From Candidatus Nomurabacteria bacterium (GTDB taxonomy: Bacteria; Patescibacteriota; Minisyncoccia; Phycocordibacterales; UBA5272): a DNA stretch of 64,000 nucleotides. Below are positions 1 through 8,393 of the stretch, in pieces (the stretch's first letter is position 1; each line of letters opens with the position of its first letter). Position numbers and translations under genes: made by a program. Location of the stretch: assembly GCA_028286645.1 (NCBI GenBank), contig JAQBRF010000004.1, positions 205,192 to 269,191 of the forward strand, given 5' to 3'. The notes under the pieces are model-generated. The model worked only from the letters and a program-made list of their open reading frames with translations. It searched no databases and was not told where the DNA came from.

Positions 1-52
1 TCTCTACATATCTCCGACTTGAAAGATGTCTCGCGAAATTTGGAGTGTCTAT

Positions 53-82
53 GACCGGTTGCGAGACCGGTCTTTTTATTGC
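53..82 (+). terminator. intrinsic terminator-like hairpin
   Basis: GACCGGT-tgcga-gACCGGTC stem followed by TTTTTATT. Confidence 0.4.
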
Positions 83-180
83 ATAACCTAATCGTCTGAA
101 TTTGTAAAATATGGTAGTATTATGCTACAAAGTTTCAGGTTTCCAGTTTAAGTTTCAAGAATTTTTCTCTGCGCCCCTTC

Positions 181-210
181 TAGAAACTAATAACTAGAAA
201 CTAACAACTA
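181..210 (+). repeat. tandem direct repeat upstream of tRNA-Gln
   Basis: ctagaaactaataa / ctagaaactaacaa, two adjacent copies. Confidence 0.4.
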
Positions 211-216
211 GTGTAT

Positions 217-287
217 TGGGGTGTCGTCTAATGGTAGGACATCAGGTTTTGGTCCTGAGTATCGAGGTTCGAGTCCTTGCACCCCAG
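217..287 (+). tRNA. tRNA-Gln (anticodon TTG)
   Basis: Cloverleaf by hand. Acceptor tggggtg/cacccca has the U1:A72 pair typical of bacterial tRNA-Gln, and the discriminator is G. Anticodon stem tcagg/cctga with loop ttTTGgt. T-loop is ttcgagt. CCA is not encoded. Confidence 0.85.
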
Positions 288-374
288 CAAGTTTTCTAAA
301 TCAGCTTTTTTACTTGTTTTAGCAATCAAAGAATACATATTCCCCCACATGCGGGGAAAGGTTGCTTAAATACG

Positions 375-1322
375 TTAATTTTCATATAGCTGTGTGTCTA
401 AACCTCTCTTTCTTATTTCATCTATGAATAAATTGCTGTTTATGACCTTAAAAGCCACTCCAGGACGTACAAAGGTATTCTTATGGGGTTTCTTGCCTGT
501 GACTTTTCTTCTCTTACTCCACGACCTTTTTTGAGCTTCAAACCATCTTTTTAATGGCCTCATTTGTTTTTTAAGTTGCCTGATATCTTCCATGTTTCCA
601 TAGAACTTCTTAATGGTGCAATTTAGTAAATTGCGAGAAGACCCCCAGAATCTACCAACATTTTGATATTCAAGAGGAACAAGTTTTTGATCTTGTTTGC
701 TAAGATAATTTGCAAAGTATTTTGCCATCCTATCTTTACTTCTTATTTTCTCTACATGTACACCTCTTTTAAGATGTTTTATATCTCCAGATGCAACAAT
801 CTTAAACCACATTTTAGATAGTTCTTCTATTTTAATTTCCTTGTTAATAAGCATATGAAAATGCGGAGCTCCTCTTCCTTGAAACTCTAAAACCCAAATG
901 AATTTATATCCATAATAATTTAACCTCATTCTAAGTTTATGAAAGTGCTTTTTTACAATAAGACCATCATTGGGGAACTCTTTAGGATATGTAAGGCCTA
1001 CTTCATAAGCCATTACATCTCCTGCATTTCTTAGTAAGAATCTTAAGCGCTTAATTGAACCAAAGGAAAACTTTCTTATATTACCTCTAGCCTTTCTTTT
1101 AAAATTTCTAGGCATGAAATTATTACTTGAAACATGAAAATCTTTAGGAAAGACTTTTACTGTTAATACATTTTCATCATCTCTATTTTTTGGTATCCAT
1201 TTTTGGATAATCTGATCTTTTTCATCAACTTCATACACCCTCCCTAAGCGAGTTAGGTAGCTCTTCTTTTTTATTATCATCAGTTTGTAGAAACTCAATG
1301 AAAGAACCATGAAGATCAGCAA
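375..1322 (-). CDS. rolling-circle replication initiator / HUH endonuclease (superfamily I Rep, Rep_trans/phage-Rep-like)
   Basis: 315-aa ORF with an HUH motif (GAPHFHMLIN) and a downstream two-tyrosine motif AKYFANYLSK (Y-x3-Y-x3-K), as in phiX/microvirus-type and pT181-type Reps and ICE NicK relaxases. Start is uncertain; an alternative Met lies 14 codons in. Confidence 0.6.
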   Translation of the reverse strand: MLIFMVLSLSFYKLMIIKKKSYLTRLGRVYEVDEKDQIIQKWIPKNRDDENVLTVKVFPKDFHVSSNNFMPRNFKRKARGNIRKFSFGSIKRLRFLLRNAGDVMAYEVGLTYPKEFPNDGLIVKKHFHKLRMRLNYYGYKFIWVLEFQGRGAPHFHMLINKEIKIEELSKMWFKIVASGDIKHLKRGVHVEKIRSKDRMAKYFANYLSKQDQKLVPLEYQNVGRFWGSSRNLLNCTIKKFYGNMEDIRQLKKQMRPLKRWFEAQKRSWSKRRKVTGKKPHKNTFVRPGVAFKVINSNLFIDEIRKRGLDTQLYEN

Positions 1323-1431
1323 GAGAGTCTAAATACTCTATTGCTGTGTCATGGGAAATATCTTGTTGATACTTTTCTTTGAAGTATCTAACAATCCTTT
1401 CAATTAAGGTTGTGGGGTATTGAAATTCCAC
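1231..1431 (-). CDS. small hypothetical protein upstream of rep, overlapping it
   Basis: 66-aa ORF on the same strand, overlapping the Rep ORF 5' end by about 90 nt. Could be a separate small gene or a result of Rep start mis-assignment. Confidence 0.25.
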   Translation of the reverse strand: MEFQYPTTLIERIVRYFKEKYQQDISHDTAIEYLDSLADLHGSFIEFLQTDDNKKEELPNSLREGV

Positions 1432-1561
1432 CTAATTAGTAATTAGGTACAGAAAGATTTGTTATGCAAAAGAAATAACCACTTTAATGGTTATTTCTTT
1501 ATTTTGGACACATTTATTTGAGTATGTATTAGTAATCCCTGCTCATTAGGGATTTATTATT

Positions 1562-1765
1562 ATGGTTACCAGAGCCTTTGATGTATTTTTTTATATATTG
1601 TTGCGGAGTGTTATGTATTTCGGCTTTCCGCTTTTTACTGGATTTATATTATTTAGAGCTTATTCGTGTCTCTACATCAAAGGGCTTTTTGTACTATCTC
1701 TAGTAGTACACTCATTTTTCCATGGTGTCAATTACCAAAAAACGATGGTAGAGCTCTCTAAATAA
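1562..1765 (+). CDS. small hydrophobic hypothetical protein
   Basis: 67-aa ORF, mostly hydrophobic. Confidence 0.2.
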   Translation: MVTRAFDVFFYILLRSVMYFGFPLFTGFILFRAYSCLYIKGLFVLSLVVHSFFHGVNYQKTMVELSK

Positions 1766-1783
1766 GAGTAAAATTATAACAAT

Positions 1784-2353
1784 ATGTCAAAAATACCACC
1801 AGAAAAGCTAGCTAATTTTAAGATATACAGAGATCATATAAATAAAATTGGTAACTCAATGCCGATGATTTTTCAAACTCTAGGGAAAAATATTCATAGT
1901 ACACAGAAATATAGATTTATACTTACCATAATTATGGGTACTGAGGTTATTAAAATTAAATTGAGAGGTCTAATTATATTAGATGATTATATTAATGAAC
2001 TGAGATGGTACTTAGAAAAGTTTGGGAACTATGAAATTAAAAAAATGAATGAGTACGCTTTAAAAAGTTATGGTCAAACTTTAAATGAGTTTAATGAAAG
2101 GTATAATCTAGAGAAAAATGATAATAATCTATATAAAAAGTTGTACAATCTTAATAAAAGACGCAACGATACAGTACATAATGCTGTAATAAAATATGAA
2201 GGTGATATACAAAAGGCTGATGAAGAGATAAGACCTTATATATTAACTCAGGCATTAGATGATATTCAAAAAACATTAACTAACATGATTAATTTAAGGG
2301 CTGCAACTCTAGGCGAAGTAGAAAAAGAATTAAGAGAAAAAGGGCTATTTTAA
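1784..2353 (+). CDS. hypothetical protein with HEPN-like Rx5H motif
   Basis: 189 aa, predicted all-alpha. Contains NKRRNDTVHN (R-x5-H) in the C-terminal half, as in HEPN/Abi proteins. Motif-level only. Confidence 0.35.
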   Translation: MSKIPPEKLANFKIYRDHINKIGNSMPMIFQTLGKNIHSTQKYRFILTIIMGTEVIKIKLRGLIILDDYINELRWYLEKFGNYEIKKMNEYALKSYGQTLNEFNERYNLEKNDNNLYKKLYNLNKRRNDTVHNAVIKYEGDIQKADEEIRPYILTQALDDIQKTLTNMINLRAATLGEVEKELREKGLF

Positions 2354-2404
2354 TTATAAAAAAATGAGTCTGCTAAGCCAATTTCTAAAACTTAAAGAGT
2401 ATTA

Positions 2405-2440
2405 ATTGACTGTTTAATTAATCAAGCATAGAATCCACAG
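2405..2440 (+). promoter_or_regulatory. sigma70-like promoter for the 2442 gene
   Basis: TTGACT-N17-TAGAAT immediately upstream of the ATG at 2442. Confidence 0.4.
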
Positions 2441-2441
2441 A

Positions 2442-3062
2442 ATGACAGCTGAAGCAATAATTGTTCAACAAATAGTTGACATAAACAACTTTCTAAAGTT
2501 ACTTGTTTCAGAGTCTTATCAAAGTTGGTGGATAAATCACGGACTAGAATTTTTTGGAATACTAGTTACAGTATTTATAAGCATAAGATTACATTTTATG
2601 TCAAAAAGGCTTTCAGCTAAAGATAAGTTCGAACATGAAAAAGAAATAATGAAAGAAATTTCTAAAATACCTCTCTATCAAAGCATTGTTTTATCAGATG
2701 TAAAAAAATATACACCATTTCGTACTGACTATTCCAATCAGACTTATTATAAACAAGGTGCGGAATTATATACATGTATCCCAGAATTTGGTGTTCAGGT
2801 TATATTAATGCCCAGAAATAATGATGAAATCCCTGTAGGCTTAATACCTTTTGATTGGATAGAGATAATTCGTGAACATGATAGTGAAGATAATAAACCA
2901 ATAATTGTTTGTAAATTTAAAGGGGTTAGATGGCATAAAAATTTTAAATCACCTTTTAAAGAAATAAATTATCTCTTTAAGAACAATGATTACCAAGAAG
3001 GCCATGACCCGAAGTTTTTAATGTACACGACGGTTCGAAACTCTACGGGGACTAATAATTGA
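2442..3062 (+). CDS. hypothetical membrane-anchored protein
   Basis: 206-aa ORF with one predicted TM helix (FFGILVTVFISIRLHF). Confidence 0.4.
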   Translation: MTAEAIIVQQIVDINNFLKLLVSESYQSWWINHGLEFFGILVTVFISIRLHFMSKRLSAKDKFEHEKEIMKEISKIPLYQSIVLSDVKKYTPFRTDYSNQTYYKQGAELYTCIPEFGVQVILMPRNNDEIPVGLIPFDWIEIIREHDSEDNKPIIVCKFKGVRWHKNFKSPFKEINYLFKNNDYQEGHDPKFLMYTTVRNSTGTNN

Positions 3063-3158
3063 AATTGACAAAAATAGTGCCTTACCCTCATTAGGTTAAT
3101 CTAGAGATTATTAACTATTTCTAGTCAGATATCATTCTATAATGCTAGGCGGAATAGC

Positions 3159-3186
3159 TTGACATATTGCTAAAGTGTGCTATACT
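3159..3186 (+). promoter_or_regulatory. consensus sigma70 promoter with extended -10
   Basis: TTGACA(3159-3164)-N16-tgcTATACT(3181-3186). Confidence 0.55.
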
Positions 3187-3237
3187 CAGGTCAGTAACTG
3201 AATTGGCACATTGTTGTATTCCACCAGGAGAGTTGAA

Positions 3238-3543
3238 ATGAAAATCAAAGACAAGATGGCGAAAGCACTCTTCGATCGCGGTCTTTTCGAAGAACAAGCT
3301 GAAGCAGTGCTGAAGCAGTACGTCGAAAGCGATCTCGGCAAAGAGATGGCAAACCGCATGGAGGACGACGAGTCGGACTACCCTCCAACCATGATGACGA
3401 TCGTGGGGATGGGCGTGAAGCAGACGGCACTCGAGTGGATCGATGCGAACTGTCCGAAACACTGGGCACGTCCGCTATTCATGGACGCACCTGCGGACTT
3501 CCAGCAAGCCTTGAAGGGAGCCGAAACTCCATCCAACAAGTAA
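3238..3543 (+). CDS. hypothetical small protein in a GC-rich insert
   Basis: RBS aggagag then ATG at 3238 (MKIKDKMAKALF...). GC-rich codons. Own promoter and terminator. The ORF track starts at an upstream TTG at 3211. Confidence 0.55.
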   Translation: MKIKDKMAKALFDRGLFEEQAEAVLKQYVESDLGKEMANRMEDDESDYPPTMMTIVGMGVKQTALEWIDANCPKHWARPLFMDAPADFQQALKGAETPSNK

Positions 3544-3548
3544 TCAAC

Positions 3549-3592
3549 CCCGCTCGACAGACACCGCGTCTGCTCGAGCGGTTTCTTTTTAT
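3549..3592 (+). terminator. intrinsic terminator
   Basis: cgctcgacagac...gtctgctcgagcg hairpin followed by tttcttttt. Confidence 0.6.
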
Positions 3593-3661
3593 ATAAAAGT
3601 ATGAATATTTATTCTGTGACGTAATAATTCCGTTCGGATATCGTCCCACAATGCCAGCTAG

Positions 3662-3690
3662 TTGACAGCTATACAGTTATATGTTATAAC
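3662..3690 (+). promoter_or_regulatory. consensus sigma70 promoter
   Basis: TTGACA(3662-3667)-N17-TATAAC(3685-3690), then RBS gggaggtg. Confidence 0.55.
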
Positions 3691-3739
3691 GCCACTTAAG
3701 ATGGCATTTTCGCCATATTAACCTGATGGGAGGTGTAGC

Positions 3740-4159
3740 ATGCACCGTTTACTGATTGTTGTGATTATGGGTGCTCTTATGGGTTGCGGCGACAAGCTGA
3801 CACCCACCGAAGAGCAGGTGAAGAAAGTGGAGATCTGGGAAAAGGAACTAAGGCAAGCCCCAGCCTACTCCCTGATCGAATTCACCGTCGATGTACCCAT
3901 TCCCGCGCACGGAGGTACCACACGCTTCGCGCTCCTCTGCACGCAGATCCGTGGCGACAAAGAGCTCGTGTACGCGCTCGTAAGTCATCACACTTACTGC
4001 GGAAACGCATCCCGCGTGAGTATCAGGGAAACGGCGGAGAAGATGAAGGAACTCACTCTTCCCCAGGAGCCAAACTACAATATAAGGCTTCCGATGGTGA
4101 TCAAAGACGCAATCGGACTGGAGGCGTGGCTGAAAGGTCATTCCGAAGCCTACAAGTAG
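3740..4159 (+). CDS. putative lipoprotein
   Basis: Signal peptide with lipobox (LMGC). GC-rich. Terminator follows. Confidence 0.55.
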   Translation: MHRLLIVVIMGALMGCGDKLTPTEEQVKKVEIWEKELRQAPAYSLIEFTVDVPIPAHGGTTRFALLCTQIRGDKELVYALVSHHTYCGNASRVSIRETAEKMKELTLPQEPNYNIRLPMVIKDAIGLEAWLKGHSEAYK

Positions 4160-4169
4160 AACAACAAGC

Positions 4170-4206
4170 GACCTCAACCAATAGAAGTTGAGGCGTTTTC
4201 TTTTAT
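4170..4206 (+). terminator. intrinsic terminator
   Basis: cctcaac-caatagaa-gttgagg stem followed by cgttttctttt. Confidence 0.6.
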
Positions 4207-4211
4207 CAAAA

Positions 4212-4245
4212 AGGTTCCAATAGCGTCACCTAAAGGTACTGCTAA
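4212..4245 (+). repeat. 34-bp direct repeat, copy 1
   Basis: aggttccaatagcgtcacctaaaggtactgctaa, identical to the copy at 4842-4875; lies 20 nt upstream of the ATG at 4265. Confidence 0.8.
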
Positions 4246-4264
4246 AGTTTGATACAATTAAATA

Positions 4265-4843
4265 ATGTCAGATAAATGGAAAGAATATTTTGAGAAAACC
4301 AAAGATGCAAAGCCTAGATCTTTGCTTGTAAAGGCACAGGAGCTGGTTAAACAAAAAAATAACGCTCTTGATCTTGGTTCTGGAGCACTTAATGATGTAA
4401 GATATCTTTTATCTTTAGATTTTAAACATATAGTTGCTGTAGATAAAACCTCTATTGAAAAAGATATTCTAGAACACTTTCTGTCTCCTAGACTATCGTA
4501 TGTAATTTCTAGATTTGAAGATTTCACTTTTGTAGAAAATAACTTTGACCTTATAAATGCTCAGTACTCTTTACCTTTTATACAGAAGAAAGATTTTGAT
4601 AAAGTTTTTAAGGAAATTGTAAATTCATTAAAAATTGGGGGTATTTTCACTGGTCAGTTATTTGGAACAAAAGATGGATGGAATACAGATAGATTAGATA
4701 TGACTTTTCATACCGCAGATGAAGCCAAAAAGTTATTCTCAGGAATAAAGCTTATTGAATTCAGAGAAGAGGAAAATGACAAGCCTACAGCTTTGGGAGA
4801 ACCTAAACATTGGCATGTATTTCACTTTATTGCTGAAAAATAG
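4265..4843 (+). CDS. class I SAM-dependent methyltransferase (TehB-like small MTase)
   Basis: Motif I LDLGSGALND, post-I acidic residue, FDLINAQYSLPF. Confidence 0.6.
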   Translation: MSDKWKEYFEKTKDAKPRSLLVKAQELVKQKNNALDLGSGALNDVRYLLSLDFKHIVAVDKTSIEKDILEHFLSPRLSYVISRFEDFTFVENNFDLINAQYSLPFIQKKDFDKVFKEIVNSLKIGGIFTGQLFGTKDGWNTDRLDMTFHTADEAKKLFSGIKLIEFREEENDKPTALGEPKHWHVFHFIAEK

Positions 4844-4875
4844 GTTCCAATAGCGTCACCTAAAGGTACTGCTAA
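4842..4875 (+). repeat. 34-bp direct repeat, copy 2
   Basis: Identical 34-mer to copy 1. Downstream gattacaattt..ATG resembles the gatacaatt..ATG after copy 1. Confidence 0.8.
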
Positions 4876-4906
4876 TTTTAACAAATTGATTACAATTTAA
4901 AAAATT

Positions 4907-5337
4907 ATGGAGCCCACAGCCCCAGTCGCCTATATTTTTAAAGAGCACGCAGGTGCAACTATAGAAAATAAAGCGTCCTGTAACACAGTAGTGCGGTAGG
5001 ATAGGTTGTTCACCCACGATAGTTATGTTGGTATACTAAAAACATATGGAACAAAGTCCGATAAGTAATCAAGAACTAAACAGAGCCCCAAAACATTCTC
5101 AAATGGTGATAATGCAAAATCTTTTATACTAGCTTTTTGGAAAGCTGTAGCTCCAGATATTGAAAAAAGGTTAGAAAAAAACCGCTAGAGAATTATATGG
5201 GTGAACGTACTTGGGGTAAGGATCGCGTTATCTTGAATGAAGAAGATGGGGTATATACCCTCACTATTTATTCAAATAGCAATGATAATACTTTATCTCA
5301 AAAAGCTGTTGAGTTTTTAAAAACTAGAGTTTAGGTA
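4907..5337 (+). pseudogene. decayed gene fragments between cassette repeats
   Basis: Only short broken ORFs here: about 30, 28 and 45 aa (MGERTWGKDRVILNEEDGVYTLTIYSNSNDN...). No intact gene in 560 bp of an otherwise tightly packed region. Confidence 0.3.
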
Positions 5338-5350
5338 TTTATGTAAATTT

Positions 5351-5378
5351 GTTCCAACAGCGTCATTTAAGGGACTCC
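5351..5378 (+). repeat. degenerate third copy of the 34-bp repeat
   Basis: gttccaaCagcgtcaTttaaGGgactcc versus gttccaatagcgtcacctaaaggtactgc; lies upstream of the gene at 5462. Confidence 0.45.
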
Positions 5379-5461
5379 AATTTCTTATAGAATAAAATAT
5401 TTTTAAAATATTAAAAATTAGAAAGCTAGAATGTATGCATTAAAAATGGTACTGTGAATGT

Positions 5462-6031
5462 ATGAGAAAACTCGTATTGTTCTTACATCAATCACTCGAT
5501 GGATATTGCGCCACTAAGGACGGCGGATTGGACTGGATTCCATATAACGAAGCATTTGAAAAATATGCAGAAAAGATGGTGCAAACTGTAGGCTTGCCTT
5601 TGTATGGACGAGTGACGTATGAAATGATGAAAAGTTATTGGCCAACAGCACTCAACAATCCATCAGCATCAAAACATGATCAAGAACATGCCGCATGGAT
5701 TGAAAATGTCGAGAAAATTGTATTCTCCACTACCCTCATAAAAGAAGATTGGCATAACACACGAGTGATAAGTAGCAACGTAGAAGAAGAAGTAAAAAAG
5801 CTTAAAGAAGGAGAAGGAAAAGATTTAGTAATTTTTGGCAGCCCAACTCTTGCTCGTTCACTTATGAAAATGAATCTTATTGACGAATTTAATTTTACCG
5901 TAAGCCCTGTCATATTAGGAGACGGCCTAACTTTTATTAGAGGTATTGAGGAGAGAGTCAATCTTGAGCTCATCAGTTCTGAACAAATTGAAGGTGGAAT
6001 AGTTGCGCTTCACTATAAAGTTGTAAGGTAG
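5462..6031 (+). CDS. dihydrofolate reductase family protein (RibD C-terminal domain type)
   Basis: MRKLVLFLHQSLDGYCATKDGGLDWI... is typical of YwjB/RibD_C DHFR-like proteins. Confidence 0.6.
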   Translation: MRKLVLFLHQSLDGYCATKDGGLDWIPYNEAFEKYAEKMVQTVGLPLYGRVTYEMMKSYWPTALNNPSASKHDQEHAAWIENVEKIVFSTTLIKEDWHNTRVISSNVEEEVKKLKEGEGKDLVIFGSPTLARSLMKMNLIDEFNFTVSPVILGDGLTFIRGIEERVNLELISSEQIEGGIVALHYKVVR

Positions 6032-6065
6032 ATAGTTAAAAAGTTTATATAATACAATTATATTT

Positions 6066-6494
6066 ATGACAACAATAAACCCTTGGATTAATTTTAATGG
6101 CAACGCAGAAGATGCGTTTAACTTTTATAAATCTGTTTTTGGTGGAGAGTTTGGAAATGTGATTCGCTTCAAAGATCTTGCGGGTCCCAACTTCCCCGTT
6201 TCTGAAAAAGACGAGAACAAAATTATGCAGATTACTTTGCGTCTTGATAATGGAAATATGTTAATAGGAAATGATGTACCGGAATTTATGGGAAAAGTAA
6301 ATGAGCAGGAAAATAGAAGCAAAATTCACATAGGCGTAGATAGCAAAGAAAAAGCTGAAAAAATATTTAACGAACTTTCTCTCGGAGGGCAAGTAGCTGG
6401 ACCAATTGGTGATAGTCCCTGGGGAACATACGGTGGAATGTTTCGAGACAAATACGGCATCGAATGGATTGTGGAATTTAATGCGAATAAATAA
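6066..6494 (+). CDS. VOC/PhnB-like protein (3-demethylubiquinone-9 3-methyltransferase-like fold)
   Basis: N-terminus INPWINFNGNAEDAFNFYKSVFGG and ~140 aa length. Confidence 0.55.
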   Translation: MTTINPWINFNGNAEDAFNFYKSVFGGEFGNVIRFKDLAGPNFPVSEKDENKIMQITLRLDNGNMLIGNDVPEFMGKVNEQENRSKIHIGVDSKEKAEKIFNELSLGGQVAGPIGDSPWGTYGGMFRDKYGIEWIVEFNANK

Positions 6495-6536
6495 AGTAAA
6501 TAGACTTTATCGTTTTCCTGCAACTTCAATAAAACA

Positions 6537-6884
6537 ATGAAAAAAGAAAATCTGTACGCCACAAGCTTCTCTAAGGTTTATCCATATTATATTGCGAAAG
6601 CGGAGAGGAAAGGGCGTACGAAGGCTGAAGTAGACGAAATCATACGCTGGCTTACTGGGTACACTCACAAGCAATTTGAAAAGCATTTATCGATGGGAAC
6701 TAATTTTGAGAATTTTTATATGAAAGCCAAGAAACTTAATCCCAAAAGGAAATTGATTAAAGGAATGGTTTGCGGTATTCGAGTGGAAGAAATCAAAGAT
6801 CCGATTATGCGTGAAATCCGTCATTTAGATAAATTAATTGATGAATTGGCGAAAGGAAAGACAATGGATAATATTTTGCCCTAA
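6537..6884 (+). CDS. DUF2200-family protein
   Basis: 115 aa with ...[31 protein letters not shown]... pattern of DUF2200. Confidence 0.45.
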   Translation: MKKENLYATSFSKVYPYYIAKAERKGRTKAEVDEIIRWLTGYTHKQFEKHLSMGTNFENFYMKAKKLNPKRKLIKGMVCGIRVEEIKDPIMREIRHLDKLIDELAKGKTMDNILP

Positions 6885-6903
6885 GATACAAACCTGAATC
6901 CGC

Positions 6904-7380
6904 CTATCCCCTTCTTGCTGCTTCAATAGCAGCTACATCTATTTTCTTCATTTTCATCATTGCTTCAAAAGCACGCTTTGCTTCATCTCCACCAGAAGCC
7001 ATGGCTTCCGTTAGCGTACGCGGAGTGATCTGCCATGAAATCCCCCATTTATCTTGACACCAACCGCACTGGCTCTCCTTTCCGCCATTTCCAACTATCG
7101 CATTCCAGTAACGATCTGTTTCTTCCTGGTCCTCAGTTGCAATCTGAAAGGAAAATGCTTGAGTCCGCTCAAAGTGAGGCCCTCCATTAACACCAACACA
7201 CGGAATTCCGCAAACATTAAATTCTACAGTAAGAACATTACCCTCTTTTCCATCTGGATAATCACTGGGCGCATTATGAATAGCGGTTACAGAGCTTTCA
7301 GGAAAAGTAGCTGCGTAAAAGCTAGCCGCACCTTCGGCATCTTTATCGAACATAAGACAAACTGTATTTTTTGGTATCAT
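6904..7380 (-). CDS. VOC/PhnB-like protein, second copy, higher GC
   Basis: SFYAATFPESSV...VEFNVCGIPCVGVNGGPHF...QCGWCQDKWGISWQI, PhnB/YjdN-like. Confidence 0.55.
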   Translation of the reverse strand: MIPKNTVCLMFDKDAEGAASFYAATFPESSVTAIHNAPSDYPDGKEGNVLTVEFNVCGIPCVGVNGGPHFERTQAFSFQIATEDQEETDRYWNAIVGNGGKESQCGWCQDKWGISWQITPRTLTEAMASGGDEAKRAFEAMMKMKKIDVAAIEAARRG

Positions 7381-7593
7381 ATTTTTGTGTAGTTTATTTT
7401 ACCAAATCTTTCCATATAGTAGAAATAGTACTATTTAAATAAACTCTTACTAACTCCGCTCGTATTTTTTAGTATAATTGATTTTATATTAAGGTTAATT
7501 TCCAATCCTGTTCTTGAGATGAAATGAGTCGAATAGATCCACTCAATCTAGGAAATTAGCAGCCAATATCCCCTATTGTGTTAAAATTAGACC

Positions 7594-7893
7594 ATGAATA
7601 AAACATTTACTGTCATATTAAATTTTTCTGATCATCTTATCGGAATTGAGCAGTATGAAAAAGGATCGCCTATAGAGGCATTAAAGGAATTCATAACCTC
7701 AGCAGAGGCTCTTAATGGATATGATCGTGAGCTTTTAACTGAATCTATAATGCCGCTTCTGCAAGGTGCAAAATATAAAGGGGTGTGGATGTTTCATTTT
7801 AAGCCTGAGTTAGATCTTTCGGGCGAAGATGATAATCAAGTTCTGGGTGGTACGATAGTCCAGACTGATCCAGAGGCCTTAACTAGAACTTAA
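7594..7893 (+). CDS. hypothetical protein
   Basis: 99-aa ORF, no recognisable motif. Confidence 0.35.
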   Translation: MNKTFTVILNFSDHLIGIEQYEKGSPIEALKEFITSAEALNGYDRELLTESIMPLLQGAKYKGVWMFHFKPELDLSGEDDNQVLGGTIVQTDPEALTRT

Positions 7894-7987
7894 ATTTAAA
7901 AATTTTAACTTATATGACTTTTAATTTATCTTTCTTTATGTTCCAAAATATCCCCCGGCTGGCAATCAAGAACCCTACAATATTTAT

Positions 7988-8257
7988 ATGAAAAACAACA
8001 TTTTTATTCGTCCTGTTATTGTAACTGCCATTATTTTGGTTATACCCTTATTAGCAAGATTTCCTTGGACATTGAGTGACTTTATAATTATGGGTGCTCT
8101 CATTTTGGTGGTGGGTCTTATATGGGAGACAATTTTAAGGAAAGTAAAAGATAGTATGAAACGCATTTATTTCATCGCATTGCTTGTGGTTGTATTTATT
8201 CTTGTTTGGGCAGAACTTGCAGTAGGAATATTCGGATCCCCTTTTGCTGGAAGCTAA
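7988..8257 (+). CDS. small membrane protein
   Basis: 89 aa with three hydrophobic helices. Confidence 0.4.
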   Translation: MKNNIFIRPVIVTAIILVIPLLARFPWTLSDFIIMGALILVVGLIWETILRKVKDSMKRIYFIALLVVVFILVWAELAVGIFGSPFAGS

Positions 8258-8393
8258 GATAAAAGGATAGTCCATGAGTCTTAATATAGTTTAATCTTCC
8301 TCGTCAGATTTACCAGATGCTTTAAATATAGCATTACCTAATTTCTTAATTTATACACTAAATAGACGATGATCTGTATGCTATAGTTCCTCT

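Larger units (their letters stand above)
287..3062. mobile_element. possible remnant of an integrated rolling-circle (Rep-encoding) element next to tRNA-Gln
   Basis: A HUH Rep gene reads toward the tRNA 3' end. It is followed by small ORFs and a HEPN-like/membrane gene pair. No integrase or terminal repeat was identified, so the extent is a guess. Confidence 0.25.

Noticed and set aside
1231-1431. Interpreting the 66-aa ORF plus the Rep ORF as one frameshifted rep gene
   Set aside because: The Rep ORF alone is a normal size for this family and has both catalytic motifs. The overlap may reflect an over-extended Rep start. Kept as separate low-confidence ORF rather than calling a pseudogene.
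3040-3062. tRNA-like GGTTCGAA T-loop-like string at the end of the 206-aa ORF
   Set aside because: No acceptor or T-stem pairing could be built around it. It is within a coding frame. Probably a chance match to the conserved T-loop heptamer.
3145-3469. Minus-strand ORFs of 105 and 74 aa overlapping the 3238-3543 gene
   Set aside because: Shadow ORFs typical of GC-rich coding DNA. The + strand has promoter, RBS and terminator signals; the antisense frames have none and have Arg/Ser/Pro-rich junk composition.
3784-4191. Alternative-frame ORFs (135 aa +, 109 aa -) across the lipoprotein gene
   Set aside because: Same GC-rich shadow-ORF effect. The frame starting at 3740 has a proper signal peptide and lipobox and is preceded by promoter and RBS.
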